From positions 62,001 through 126,000 of the forward strand of contig FLMG01002184.1 in NCBI GenBank assembly GCA_900088475.1: a stretch of 64,000 nucleotides of DNA, in the 5' to 3' direction. Below the pieces are notes generated by a model. It was not told the origin of the DNA, ran no database searches, and was given only the letters and a program-made list of their open reading frames with translations. Below are positions 10,596 to 24,480 of this stretch, one piece after another (position 1 is the stretch's first letter; each line of letters begins with the position of its first letter). The position numbers were made by a program, and so were the translations under genes. The stretch is from Hyphochytrium catenoides. Lineage: Eukaryota > Protista > Hyphochytriomycota.

Positions 10596-13500
10596 TCACT
10601 CTCTCTTCCTTGCTTTGCCCTCTATCCGCGTCACTGTTAAAACCACAAGCGAGAGTACAGAAGTTGTTATCAGTAGCCAGCTCCAAGCTGGGTGGCCAAA
10701 AGGGCTCCGATAAGGATTGTCTCTATGGTTAAGAGTGCGAATCTTCACCCCTCCTTCTGGCTCGTCATTAGTGGATATACTCTCACGCACTCGAAGCTTC
10801 AGGTCGTCTACTTTTCTCCTCGCGCAAATTAACAAAGCTGTGGGAATGACCCACTGATTATAAGTTAGTTCATGTTACCAGGGTAGCCCAAACGGAGCTG
10901 TACGAACGGAGAAACGCTATAGATTGCAACAACGCAGAACCGATAAAGTTTGGGACAGAAGAGAGGTCAGCTAGAAAAATGCGAGGAGAGGGACACAAAG
11001 AGGGAAGAGGAGAGAGACAGATACAGTCCGAAAGAAGAGCAGTACCTGGATGCCTAGACCGGCATAGCTCCCAGTGAATCCAATCAGCCCAGAGACGTCT
11101 TCGGTCCAGAGAGCGACAAGGGTAGGGGGAGCTATTGCTAGGAGAGGGTAGAAAGTTCTGTTCCAAGCGGACGAGCCCCCAGAACTTTGAGATCTCAAAA
11201 ACGGCTCTGTAGCCTCGTCTCTAAGGGCGAGAAGGCCACTTCGGTCCACCAGAGTCTTCAGGTTTTCCCTTAGGGTGATTCCAATCAATGGAAAATTCGA
11301 GCTATTTGGTCACAGGGAATGAAAGTGAGGCCCTTTTTTTTTACCGGTCGTGCGAGAGTTATGGTAAATGCTTGAGAAAAGAAACGGGTTGGCAATGTAT
11401 GCATGGACGAGAGAGAAGGCTCAGAAAGTGCGATCAACTGGCGTAGTAAGTACCTTAGAGTGAAAACCGGGAAGAACATTAGAAAGTACGATATCAGGCC
11501 AACAGTAGTCCCTTTGAAGTTCAGGGTGTATATATCCTAGGTAAAAACAACAGAGGAAGTTCAGTCACAGATCTCAGCTCTGTGTCTCGGGGTAAGCGCT
11601 ATGCATACCTCAATCTTTTCCTTGGAAAACCGAAAAACCGCTGTCAAACAGAGAATGAGGTACACGGCCAACACAGCCTGGAAAGCCTCGTCAGCTTGAC
11701 AAAGTGGGTGGAACAAAAGCGCATAGGAAGTTGAGATAAGAGAACCGAGGGTGAAAGTCGCGGAGACTGCAAAGAGCAGGTAGGCAGAGATCCCAATAAC
11801 TCCTTGCCAAGGACCTGCGAAGGTAGTAAGTTGAAGATGGGCGAGAAGACGGCCGTCTAATTCCAAGGACAGAAAAGACTCTATGCATTGTGTGCTCAGG
11901 AACTGACCACAAAGTCCAGGAAGAGGACTTTGTGGGCGGCCGACTTCTTCTTCATTGGGTAGATTAGCCCGGGTATGCTACAGACAGAATGTATCAGTCA
12001 AAGCTTAGTCTTCAGTCAAATCTGATACGGCTTCTCTTTTCTGGCCCGCGGTCAATAGTTACCCCTCGTCTTGGGTTGTTCTCTCACTTCTCGTTCTCTC
12101 TAACACCTGCTCACGTCGTTATCTTCTGGTGTGCAGACTACTCATGCTTGTCTGTCTCTCTGCTAACTATGCGACGCTCAGTGAAGCACCTGTGATGACA
12201 CATGAAGGCGTATATTGAGGCCCCGAAGAGTGTGGGCAACCCCCTCCAATTCTCGAACTCTGCCACGCTTGCAGGTTCAGGTCCCTTTCCGCGAAAGATG
12301 CCTACAGCAGCCAGACCTATCATTAAGGAAAACGCTCCATGGCGCATCAAAGTAGTAAAGAGCTGTAAAGCCTTGGTCTTCTGCACGCTGCCAAAGACGA
12401 AGGGCCCCAGCGAGCAAACGAACAGGAGAACGAAGACCCGATACAGCTAAGGGAGACAACGGCAGACGGCATAGTTGTCAGAAGTATGTCCGGCGTTATT
12501 GAGCTGTATCTACTGGAGAACCAAGGAACGACGCAATGCCATCGCGAAAGTCGGCCAAGCACATTCCGTAACCTAGAGCATCTACTGATTGCAGTGGCAT
12601 GGCATGAACTCACCGATTTGCTACTGAGCCCCGCCTGGCATTGCCACTCCGTTGCGCTTGCCGTAGGCCGAGGACAAGCAATTTCGCGCAGCGACTTTGG
12701 CACGGCTATTCCCGGATCAGCGTTATACAAATAAGAGAAGGTAGAATGAGCTGGACGAGTGCAAAACGACTAGAATGGTAATGTTGAGAGCAAAGACATG
12801 AAAAGAGAGCGAATGGCAGAGATGGCACGCTAACCAAGTGTTCGACAGGGAAGATCCCGGGGGCGGAAAGCGTGAGAAAAAAGTGTCGATAGAGAAGAGG
12901 GGAGGCACAAAGAGTGATCTTGGTCCCCATACCTACGGCATAGATGGCAAGGTCTCCAAAAAGGTAGACAGTGACACACAAATAAAACAAAGCTCGGCCC
13001 GCGCGAGAAAAGAGCTCTTCGGCCATCACAGAGAGTTCCACCTGCAGTCATGAGTTAGTGAGGTTCGTGCGCCTCGTGCTAAGCCTTGCAGTTACTTCTA
13101 CCTTTCTGGTTATGCTGAAGGAGTCCACCTTGCTTACGTGATATAGCTCCGGCTTGTTCTCCGACTACATAAAGCAGAGAGGTAAAGTATGCGTCACGAG
13201 TCTTAAGAGTGTGTTGATTAAAGAGGAAATGGACACAGGAGAAATACCGAAGAAGAGGCGATTGCGCAGGTGAGATGCCGATACAATGCCTCAACTAGAA
13301 TCACTCGAACGTGCGTTATGTCAAGAGCCCCAAAAGTGCTGCTACAGATGAATTGCAGGAACTCGCAGATCGGCACACCTAAAGGCTCAACTAAGGTCTG
13401 AAGGTCAAGGAGAAGAACAATTCCTCGAAGTGAACCCCAAAAAGTACCTTCTTTCCTCTCAGATCGATGATTCCGGTATCTGCAATAACGATCCTCTGCT

Positions 13501-14123
13501 CATGTGCATGCTCCTGGAGAAAGATCACTGCAGCGATACTCTCCACAGTAAAGGTAGCTGAGATAAAACTCAGAAATGACAGAGTAGCCAACAGAATAGC
13601 GCCGTAGACGATGCCAGTCTGCGTTGAAGGGTCGAGAAGAGGGGATTATGACGATACACTATGACGATAGATAAGAGAAGATAGGGTGACAGACGGAGGC
13701 GTGAGAGAGAGTGTAATTCCGGATACAAGCCTCATACCTCTGCGAATGCATGGGGAATCATCAGTGCGCCTGCCCCTACAATAAGGTTGAAGATGAATAC
13801 GAAGGCGGTGGCCGCGCCATACTGGGTGGAGCTCACATCTCCGCCACCAGCCATCCCTCACGCAGCCAATGAATCAGCTCTATTATTCGTACTAAGAGAG
13901 CTGGGGAAATTAGCTTAGGGGACAAGGCGCCAGGACGAGGAGCGACGATGATCTTATAGAGGGCGACTCGGCAAGGGGGGGAAAAGCATCCAAGTCAGAA
14001 CGCCGTTAGGGCTAATGAGAAGCTCACTTCTCTCGGGCTCCACATCCTCTTATCGTCCTCGTGACCTGAGACTGTCTCTCTGAACCTCTGCTGCTCAAAG
14101 GTCGGGCAGCCATCAGCTCCCAT
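10596..14123 (-). CDS. TMEM104: TMEM104-like amino acid transporter family membrane protein; many exons
   Basis: Spliced segments: FIFNLIVGAGALMIPHAF, LSFISATFTVESIAA, ELSVMAEELF..LFGDLAIYAV-AVPKSL, VQKTKALQLFTT, FGASIYAFMCHH, FFPVFTL, GSYAGLGIQ, NPYRSPFGHPAW. Confidence 0.88.
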
Positions 14124-14629
14124 GCCGGCCGATAGCGAAGCCGATGATGAGATGATGAGGAGCCCAACTGAAGGATCGATCATGTGCTGTGAACAACAAA
14201 CGCTGACATTCTTCAACAAGTTGTGAGTTCTAGGGGGTTTCAGAGCTACCCTCGGAGTCAACAACACCTATTGTGTTATTGGGCTTCCGTCTGATGACAG
14301 AAAGGCGATAAGATGATTATGTTGGCATTCCTGCCAAGAGTCCAGCTCCTTGTGCCTGCAGCGCAGGAGCCATCCTTGCAATCGCCGCAGCCTCAAAGTG
14401 TGTATACCTACGTGCAGGTAGCGGCAACGTGATGGTGTACGTGGCTTGAGAAGAAGTGTGGCGACTGAGAACCGTGCGAGCTGTGTGGTACAGTTGCCTG
14501 ACAAGAGAGAGACCACCGGCAGCATCAGTAGACTTAGACTATACTATCACAAAGTGGTTCTGACAGCGAGTCACACTATGGCTCTTCCATAGTGGGAGGA
14601 GGCGTCCTGCCTCCTTTCCTGCGCGGAAG

Positions 14630-17600
14630 ATGCCGCCGAAGCAGCCAAAGAAAGGAGGAGCGAAGGCTGCCAAAGCTAAGCAGGCTCCTTCAACTCTCCT
14701 AGCTCTGACTCATCCCACGTCCGAAGGAGATGAGACGGAGAAAAACCTCCATGACCAGGAGGAAGAACTCGAGTCCTTGGAGGCGATATATGGAGATGAC
14801 TTCAAACGTGAGATCGGAGGGATATTGAGAGCTCCTCTTTCTTCGTGTTTTGTGCTTATTAGATAAGTGTTATTGTCTGGGCTCTTCTCCTTTACCGTCC
14901 CAGAGGCAGTTTCTCCGTGTGGCTGATGGTGCTCCCTTTTTCCCGACTCCATTGACGGTCACGTTCTTCCCACGTATCCTCTCTTACCCTTCCGCTACCA
15001 CTCTATGGCTCTTTGACTTCTATCGCTGTGGACCTATCTCTCTTAGGTTTGCCTGCTGTGTGGGGGAAGAAGTGCTTTACCATCAGCGTCATTTCGCGCC
15101 TGGGAGACGATGACGACGCTCCTCCCTCTGTCACGGTGCACTTTGCTTTGGATCGTGCCTATCCTCGCCGCAGTGGGTACGTGGTTCACTCTTGCTCGAT
15201 CCTGTGCCATTAGTAGTCACCTTTCTGTTTAGGCCCACCGTAGAAATCAAAGCTGTCTCTCACGTTGCAGAGGATCGCCTCAAGGAATTAAAGGCCATCC
15301 TTAGAAAAGGCAGTGAGAAGAGAATTGGCCGAGTTATGGTGCTTGACCTCATGTTTGATGTCCAAGAGTTTCTTGGCAACATCCACTCGAGACGGATCTC
15401 CTTCTACGAGGAGATGGTCCAGAGACAGGAAAAGAGGAAGGTTATAGAGGAAGAGCTGAGAAGGGAGCTCAGCGCACAGCAGAGAGAGAAGCTTCTGGAG
15501 GAAGAAAAAGCGCTGCAGGAGGCTATCAGAGCGGATAAAGAGCTCCGGGAGGCCAAGGCTCGGGCCTATCGCGAGCGCGTCAAGGGCACGAAGCTTACTG
15601 AGCCAGATGGCAAGGCTAAAGAGATCGATGCGGCTCAACGGGATTGGGCCGAGGAGTTTGACGAGGAGGAAGAAGATGAAGAGGGAAAAGGTTCAAGTCC
15701 TCCTCTTCGTACAGGGTCTCGGTATTTCAATGACTTCAGAGAACTGGAGCTTTTGGGCAGAGGCGGGTTTGGCGAAGTGGTTAAAGCCCAAAACAGACTG
15801 GACAAACGCCTTTATGCCATAAAGAAGATCAAGCTAGATCCGCAAGATGTCAAGAGTAAGAGAAAAATCCTCAGAGAAGTGACATTCATTTCTCGGATGA
15901 CGCATAGGCACATTGTCCGCTACTATCAAGCGTGGTTGGAAGGAGAAAGCGGACAAACAGCAGAAACAGACTCAGATGACGACTCTGAGAACAGCTGGTT
16001 GCAGCATACGGAGGACGAGGACGAAGAGGGTGGGATGGAGGACTGGTTTGGTGCCAGCACAAGTCGCTCTATCTCTGGTCTTGGCATAGCGTCCCGGAAG
16101 CCAACGGGAAGATTGGATAACACTCGACTACTTAGTACTTCCCAGGACGCCTCTGAATCTGATAGCAACTCAACAGCGTCCGAAGACGAGACAGAGTCGG
16201 CCAGAATGAATGAACAGGGAAGTGATTCAGACGAAGAGAAAGAAGATGACGATAGTGGAAGTACTACTTTCAAAGCTTCTCCGACCAGCTCTGATGGCTT
16301 TTCTTTTGGGCAATGGAAAGGTTGGGGCTCGTCTTTCCTCCAACGAGGTCCCAGTAAGGAGCTTGACATCAATGACCAGTTCTTCCAGGTTGCCTCCGAG
16401 AACCCAGTGTCACCTCCCTCTCCTACAGTCCTTTCTTTGCCCAAGAAGTCCCGGGAAACCCTATTTATACAGATGGAATATTGCGAAGGAAAGACACTTC
16501 GCGAGGTGATAGACAAGGGAGAGCTGTGGAAGCACCCCGAGGACATTTGGCGATTCTTCAGGCAGGCGGTAGAGGCTACCGCTTATATCCACAGTAAGGG
16601 AATGATACACAGAGACATCAAGCCTTCCAACGTCTTCTTTGATGCAGATGGCAATGTGAAACTTGGAGACTTTGGCTTAGCTACCCGGAAGGCAAACGAT
16701 GATGACGATGGGGAGGAAGAAGAACAAGACCCAGAGGATGGGTATAGGCTTAGCGGAGCCCCCGAGGGGCGAGCGGAGACCTCCTCCATATCTGCGATGT
16801 TGACAACGGTGGACAGTATCACGGCTGGCGTGGGGACGGCTTTTTATAGGGCCCCTGAGCAAGAGAGAGAAGGCTCCAAGTACAACCAAAAGGCAGATAT
16901 GTTCTCTTTAGGCATTGTGTTCTTTGAGATGTGGGCTCCCCCTTTCAGTACGGGTATGGAGAGGGCAGAGACCCTTACAGAGCTTAGACAGCGGGACAAC
17001 CTGCCAAAGGAGTTCGTTCAGCGAGTACCACCAAACGTCACTCAAATAATCCACTGGCTGTGCAGCACTAATCCATCCCTTCGTCCTACTGCTGCTGATC
17101 TGCTGCGGAGCAACCTCATGCCCCCAAAAATGGAGGTTGAAGAGCGCTATTTGGAGGAAGTGCTTGAAACATTATCGAACCCAAATGGGCCGTCCTTCCA
17201 GCATGTTGTTGACGCTCTCTTTTTACAAGCACCACGGGATCATGTGGATTATACTTATGACTCAGCTTTTGCAAGCAAACGGAAGAATGATGTGGAAAGC
17301 CGGGTACGGAGCCTGGTTTGTATGAAGATGCAGGCTATCTTCGAGAAGCATGGTGCTATTCAGCAAGAGACGCCACTTCTCCGGCCTGCTTCCTCGAATT
17401 GGGGTCCTCACAGGGCCTCATCTAACAGCTGCGCCTTATTAGATCCCAATGGTGTCGTGGTCAGCCTGCCCTTTGACCTAACAGAACCAGTGGCACGCTT
17501 CATCGCCCGAACTGGACTCTCGAATTTTAAGTCCTATCAGTTTGATAGGGTTTTTCGCAGGGTTATTGGCGGCGGACACCCTCGTGAACTTCATGAGGCA

Positions 17601-19379
17601 GACTTTGATGTAGTATGGAACTTGACGAAGGGCGCGGAGGTTGTCGAGGCTGAAACCCTTATGGTGCTATCGGAGGTACTGAACTCCATAGGGCCACAGA
17701 TAGGGCCGTACTACATCCGTCTTAACAACACCAAGATGATCTATAACCTCCTGGATGTATGTGACGTAAGTCCATCTTCAAGAGCAGAAGTACTACGGCT
17801 ACTCTCGGCTTCTGCCTCCACGCAGCTAGAGTATAATTCTGCGACAAGGACGGTTAAATCTGTAGCCTCTCCCTACCAGCTCGCCCGGTGGAAGGCGATT
17901 CACAAGGACCTGATAGCGGCAGGCCTCTCTCCGAACGTGGCGGAGTCTCTGAAGGGCTTGTTCTTCCTTCCCGCGAATCCAATAGAGACTTCTCATGTCC
18001 TAGAAGACTTCATGAATCAAAAGAACTTCAACCAATCGACCGTAGACAGTACTGGCCTGCCCCTAACAGCATCTCTAAATTCGCCAACTAAGCTGTCGGT
18101 ACGGCGGCAGCAGAGACTTCTCAAGTCCATTGAGGATGCACGAGAAGGGCTCCGGGCAATGAAGAAACTTCTCGTACTTCTGGAAGAGTTGTTTATAGAT
18201 GGTCCAAGCTTCGTGCTGGTGGATTTAGGCCTTACACAGAGCCGGGAGGTTTATAGTTGCGGCCTTTTCTTCAGGGCTATTCTCCTTCCCACCGTCTCTG
18301 CGGCCGGCGTCCTCAACGAGCAGAGTGCCAAAGATACGGTGGCTGAGGGTGGCCGGTACGACACGCTCATCACAAGATACAAACTTCCTGCTGCCAGGCT
18401 TACCTCTAACAACGTGATTGCTCTGGGGCTGCGGTTTGCTGTGGACAAAATCGTCTCAAAGGCCATTTCTTCCATGATGGCTTCTAAGAAAGAAGGCATG
18501 TCTTCAGCTCGGGGGCCTGCAGTGCTAATATGTTCAAGTGGGAAGGCAGTGGATATGCTGGCGGAGAGGCTGAAGGTTGCCAGGCTTCTTTGGGCTGCGT
18601 CCATCCAAGCTGAGTACATCCACTCCGACTTCTCGAACCTTGAGATTCTCGAGGAATCATGTGTAGCCAATGGGTACAGCTGGATTATCCTTGTTCTGCC
18701 GCATCTGCTGTCTAAGCGGAAGGTGAAGGTGCGCTCCGCTAGAAAGGCTGATAAGTCAGAGCATGCCGTCGATATTGATAGCCTGGTTTCGTTTCTCAAA
18801 GGCAGTTGCGGCCTTGCAGTGTCAACGGAACAACGGTCAGAGTATGACACACCACCTACCGGTAGAGGTGTCATGGAAAGGATAGGACATCTTGGAATAG
18901 GTGGAACCCCTGTCACTGTCGACTTCCTCGAGAGCAAGACACCACATGGTATTAAGGAAAAAAAGAAGGCTAAAGAGGCAACCCAGCTGGTGGGAAAGAA
19001 GGCGATGAAATTTTTAGATGGATTAAGCATGGCAGGAGAGGGCAGGCCGTCCCGAGTTATTTATGTTGAAGCTCCATACACACTGCTACGAGAAGCAACC
19101 ACAGCCTATCTCATGGAAGGATCACAGGCAGAAGAAGCCATCGTCAGCAGGCATAACCATTACCGACGGGTGCTGAAGTCCCTATTCGAGACTCTGGACG
19201 GCATAGCTGCCGATGGAGAAAGCAAGGGCCGCAATCATACTCGACCTGTTCTTCTCTATTCTGCCATTGATGATCGCTATGATTTGGTCTTTATCTCGGC
19301 TGACTCCAAGCTAGGACGTAGTAGTAGTATGTCCAAGAGCTCAGCCAGAAAGAAAGTCCCGGCCACTCCTCCTCGCTAA
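14630..19379 (+). CDS. GCN2: eIF2-alpha kinase GCN2 (RWD, kinase, HisRS-like, C-terminal domain); 2 introns near 5' end
   Basis: RWD: QEEELESLEAIYGDDF...YP. Kinase: SRYFNDFRELELLGRGGFGEVVK, acidic insert, IQMEYC, HRDIKPSN, DFG, VGTAFYRAPE. HisRS-like: LPFDLTEPVAR, PRELHEADFD, AEGGRYDTL. Confidence 0.96.
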
Positions 19380-19521
19380 GCTGTCGGGAGACGCATTTCA
19401 AGAAGCATTTCGCTTTCATTTTGACCCGTTTCCGTTAAGCCAAGCGCTGGATTTCAAAACGTTTGTATAGGCTCTTTCCATGTTGATTCATAGCCTTTCT
19501 TTCTTCCTGCCGTTGTCATTC

Positions 19522-20073
19522 TTATTCCAGCTTAAAACGGCCGACTTTTGGTGCTGGTGCTCTGGGCTCCATCCCTTGGTCCTCCCTCCACGCCATGATC
19601 ACATAGGCCACGATCACAAGATTGGCAACAGCCACACCTCCAAATCCACTGCGCACATAGTTACAACGAGAGGAGTAGTGAGCAAATACGTGAGAAGATG
19701 AGGGGAAAGAACTTAGTAAACCCTTCGAGACACCAACCTCCACATCAGCTTGTCTTTGTCATCTGTCCAGAGGATACGCGGAGGCACCAAAGGTTATTAG
19801 GTGTGTGTCAACATAAGACAAGGAAGAGAGAGTTGCTGTGAGTTACCTGGAAGCAAGTAATCTCGTATTCCGTAGAAGGCGAAAAGTGGCAATAAAGCCA
19901 TAAGAACAGTAAAGTAGCCCAGCTTGAGGAGAACTCTGGCGTTAGACTCAGCATGCCTGCATGAGGTAAAGGCATTAGGCCAGCACCACAATCCTGCGAC
20001 ATTCAAAGGATAAACTTAACCGAGATTCTCCGTTCCTTCGACTCTCTCCCGGGCGAGCTCCATCCTGCCTCAT
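19522..20073 (-). CDS. VMA21: V-ATPase assembly factor VMA21-like; 4 exons including a 25-nt exon (19738-19762)
   Basis: Spliced product: MRQDGARPGESRRNGESRHAESNARVLLKLGYFTVLMALLPLFAFYGIRDYLLPDDKDKLMWSGFGGVAVANLVIVAYVIMAWRED...KVGRFKLE. Two TM helices with the typical NxVxxxYVxxAW motif. Confidence 0.85.
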
Positions 20074-20526
20074 ATTTCAAGCGCCTAGAATGGTTGGGCC
20101 CACCAGCCACACTAGCACCTTCCTAAACGGCACCGGCAGGGGCTATCGTCGAGAGCCGCGACTTGTAAAGATTGCCGTAGGAACAAAACTGGCTTCCGCC
20201 TTGAGTTCCGACGGCAGCAAAGAAGGTTCTATCACCGCCGACAAAGTCAGCGGCGTTTCCTGCGCGGTAAAGGTCTGATTGAACCTCCTGGAGCGCCAAC
20301 AGACAGACGAAGGCCCTCCTCGTTGTGTTAGCCTATTATTGAATGACAAGCATCATCTCTGTCTCTGTTCAGTGAAGCAAGAAGCAAGGTCATGAGCATG
20401 GGATCAAAAGTTGTTGTACGAGTAGTTCCATAGAATTTGTGCTTCTACAGCTTGTTTTACAGTGTACAGCGGTCATGGCTGTTTTTCTTTACAGTAATAC
20501 TAATGCTCCTCAGAGCTAAAAAGGTT

Positions 20527-20551
20527 TGCCACGAACGTGGATCGAACACGT

Positions 20552-20599
<48 letters not shown>
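20527..20599 (-). tRNA. tRNA-Phe (GAA), intronless
   Basis: Reverse complement is GCCGCGATAGCTCAGTTGGGAGAGCGTCAGACTGAAGATCTGAAGGTCACGTGTTCGATCCACGTTCGTGGCA, a 73-nt cloverleaf with A and B boxes, G37, and a T5 terminator just downstream. Confidence 0.98.
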
Positions 20600-20647
20600 A
20601 CTTGCTTGAAAAGGAGGAGATAGACTAGAGATTAGAACAATTGTTTT

Positions 20648-23600
20648 CTACTCCAGAAGCAAGTACGCCAGATCTGTCTGATGGATCTGAACTCCACTTC
20701 TGGCAGTGGCGCCAGCTGTTGAGATCAGAGCTTCGGCGTCTTCACTTCTTTCTTCTCTCCTGCATTGAAGCTTCTTTTCTCCTGACATTTGGTCGACTGC
20801 CTCTTCGAGCTGGAAATGCAGCTGCTGTTGTTTCATGATAGTAACGTAAGATCCGCGCTTCTCAGGCGGTAGTTGGGGTTTGCAATAGGATCCTGTCGTC
20901 GTTGCGTGAGATTTTGGCGGAGAGTTTTTGGTTTGTCTTGCGTGTGGTGCGTTATGTCGTGGTTGAGGTCCATAAGATCCGGCGTAACTACCTTCCGCCA
21001 TCTTCTCTATACCTCTTGGGTGCGCAGCCGCTTCTTCCTTTAGATGAGTTGTAGTTACGGCAGGAGCTTTGATCGTTGAGACTTCGCGAACATGTTCCTT
21101 ATCATGGTCATGTCCCTCTTTGTAGCTCTGTGTGGGTTGATATAACTCTTGTGTGTGCGTAGTGTGAGTTGAGAGAACTTGTCCCGCGACCACCTTTCTT
21201 GATTTCCTCCTCTGAAGCATCAGATCAAGCCGTTCCAGGGACTCTAGTATACGCTTTTCGTCCTGGTATAGTGTAATCTCATCCCTAGAGGTGCCTTCCG
21301 CAACAGCTCTTTCCCGGCCAGTTGTTTCCTTGTGTCGTTGCGTTGGCTGATGGCTCCTACCTTTGTTGACGTTGCTAGGAGGAAGCTTAGGCTGCGTTTG
21401 GAGGTCTATCGAAGTGTCTTGCGGGGACCGCGCGGTGGACCTGGTAGAATCTCCATGGCCATCTTTACCTAATGTCAATCTTTCCTTATCCTGCACCTCT
21501 TTTGGCGGGTCTTGTTGTGAGTCTTGTTGTGAGGTCTCCTTTAAGGGAACCCTGTCATGACGCTCTGTCGCTGGGGCTAAAGGCAATCTAGTCTTCCATT
21601 TCGAATGTCGTTGCGCTATGCTTTTCGCGTATTGCTTCCTCCTCTCTAGTAAGTTATGAGCGTGTAACCGCTGCTCTTCTTGAGGATGAATGGCAGGCCT
21701 AAGAGCGTTCTTTGCCCCTTTGTTGGCATCCGCACTTGATGACATTGACCTGGTATAAGCCTCAGACATGACAAAGTAGAGGCCTGCTCTTGCGCTCTCT
21801 TTTTCGCCTGCTTCTTCCCCGGTCTCCTTGGTCTGAGCTCGGTCCAATCTTATGTCCGGAATGCTAACCGGATTGGATGCCCCGTTAATGCCCCTTGAAA
21901 GCCAGGGTTGTTCATTGCCTGCTGTTTGGATCGTCCCGATTGCAGATTGCACTCCTCCGACTTGCTTCTTTGCATCCGTTTGTACGGCTTCCCCTTTCTC
22001 TGCTGATATTTTGGCTTTCATCTGCGCTCGCAGCTCGGCCAGTCCTGGAAAGCGATCCAAGATGCACTTGGAGGTTAAGCCTATGTCCATACCCTCCTTA
22101 TCATTCAATTGCTCGTTCTTTTGTGTCGACTGGCCAGGCGGCTTTGAAGACACGGTTGCGCAACTGGTGCTTCCTGTATCAAAGGATAGCCCGTCGTCGT
22201 CATCTTGACCCAAAGAGCCGTCGTCACCATCTTCATCCAATGAGTCTTCACAAAGACTTTCCGTCTCCATCTCTTCAACCATCCTGCAGGGCTCTTGCTC
22301 CATTGCATAGGCTTTGGCGTCTCGGATGTCAAGAGAGTCACGCAGGGAGCTCCTCCGAGGGCGCTTGTCAGGGCCTGAACCAGAGGGTCCAACTCTAGCT
22401 GGCTCGGCTACAGGTATGAGAACTTTTCCTTCTTCAAGACTATCGCGGAGCTCGGTCGGGATATGGATAGTGCTACCCCTCCTTGGACAATTGTCTTCGT
22501 CATCACTATGCTCCTAGACAAAGGAGTGTTAGAAAAATTTCTGACGGAGCTCTTTCATGGGCATCCCTACCTCCAGTCCGCTAGTTATCGTGACGCCACC
22601 TCTGGGTGTCTGATGAGTTGACAGGTCAGAAGGCAGTAACGCTTCAAATCTCTCTCCTTCGTCCTCAAAAGTTGAGTCGGATGAAGTCCGAAGGGCAATA
22701 TCCCACATTGCTTTAGGAAGACCCACCCAATTATTTTCAGTAACGGGACCGAAGGGCGAGCGAGACGTGCAACTGACCCTTTTTTGACATCTACTGTTAT
22801 CCTCCGAAGGCGGGAGTAAGTGTGGCGCAGTCTGTGTGACCTTTGAAGTACTCAACTTCTCATCGTCCCCACTATTTGGTTGACAGCTTGCCTGGACGAA
22901 GCCGAGTGACATACCGCCTGCTACGCGCACGTGTTGCTTTTGAGTGTTGTGAGCTTCTGTCGCGGTAGTGGCTACTCCACACGGGAGGGGACCCTTCACC
23001 GTGTAGCTAAAACAGTCCTGATAGGTTCGCGGAGTAGTCGCACATTTTCTCATCTGATAATTCTGAGTGTCTTGGCCGTTAGAGACTATCCTAAGTCTAC
23101 TGTCAGCCTTGATCCCTTCCCCTTTGCCACCAAGATCTCGTCTATCTCTCGATAACGCAATGTTTGAGTTGTTAACGTTGTTGTTGACTGCTTCTGGCTT
23201 GGCCAATGAGATTTTCCTGTTCGCAATGATGGTACTTTTGGCATGGCTCTGCGTAGAGGGTGGCCCTTTTAATGCTGTCTCATGCACTGTACGCTCACTT
23301 CCAGGTTTGACAACGTACTGCTCCGCAGAAGGCTGAGTCACTCGCTGCTCCGTTAAAGGGTGACGCAGTTGCGGGGTTGAACTGTCCTCTGACACCTTCA
23401 GAGGTTCAGGCGAGGCCGTGGTAAACTTTTCCGTCGTGTTTGTGATAGAAGGACCTTGACACTTCAGGTCTTTTGCTACATGCGACAGCAAAGACTAAGA
23501 GGAGTTCGTGAAGTCTTGTTAGTTTGCAAGTAGATTGCAGACTCACCTCTAGCCTGAACGCTGGGATCGCTCGCTATTTTTTGCTGACGAAGCTCTAACA

Positions 23601-24480
23601 AGGCATCCCTCTGAGTTTGAGCCTGTGCCTCTTGAAGCTCTAGAGCTCCCTTTTCAAGTTGGCTTGCAGAAACGCGCTTAGTTTCCCTTGTTGTTAACTT
23701 AACGCACATGAGCCAAGGATACCTTCGTCTTCTCTCCGCGGAAAGCGTAACGCCTCGTTCCCTCTGCCACTGGTCATTCCTTTGAGCTGCTCTGTCCTTT
23801 ATAACCTCACTGACCGCCAGGATGCGATCACTCCTGATAATTGCAGCATCTTGATCTTGAGTCACTAAGCCTTGTCTGTCCTCCGACTAAGAGAATCAAC
23901 ACAGTTCGTAAACACACGAATGACGTCCTATGATCTGAAAGGTATTAGAACCTGGGCGCCGGTAGGCTTCGCCTGGTAGCATGATTCAGGACTTGAACTT
24001 TTCATGTCAGCTGTGGTCGCGTGGGAAGAGGTCCTCTTTGCAGAGACCTTTCTGGCCGCAAGGTCAGCGTACCCAACCATATTGCTATTATTCCCTCTCC
24101 TTATATCTAAACCTAAGAGTTCACGGGTCGATAGGACGCGTATGGAGGCGGAGCATTATTCGTCCATCACCCAGTCATGGTGGTTGCTGCAGCGAAGGAT
24201 TACCCGGCAGCATTCACTTCCGAGCTGTACTCCTTCCACCATCATGGTCGGCCGTCAAGACTAGCTTAGGACCTATAATCCTTGATATAGGAATAGTAGC
24301 GGCCTCCGCAAGTAAGTATGCGTCTGACGAGACACGGCTTGTTGCTTCCCGACCCTGCGGCATCATCAGGTCCCTCCTGTCTAATGAGTGATGTTCAGTC
24401 ATGACAGCACTGGTCCCATCGAAGACTTTTTGTGAGGAATGACCAGAAGAGAGTGAATGAAGAGAACTGGGTGGTTTCAT
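20648..24480 (-). CDS. Large, mostly disordered protein of unknown function; multi-exon, 5' structure uncertain
   Basis: Consecutive long same-strand ORFs (23476-23865, 22529-23491, 20648-22303) are separated by GT-AG-bounded gaps. S/T/Q/E/K-rich with short coiled-coil segments (LLELRQQK, DEKRILESLERLD). Confidence 0.6.
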
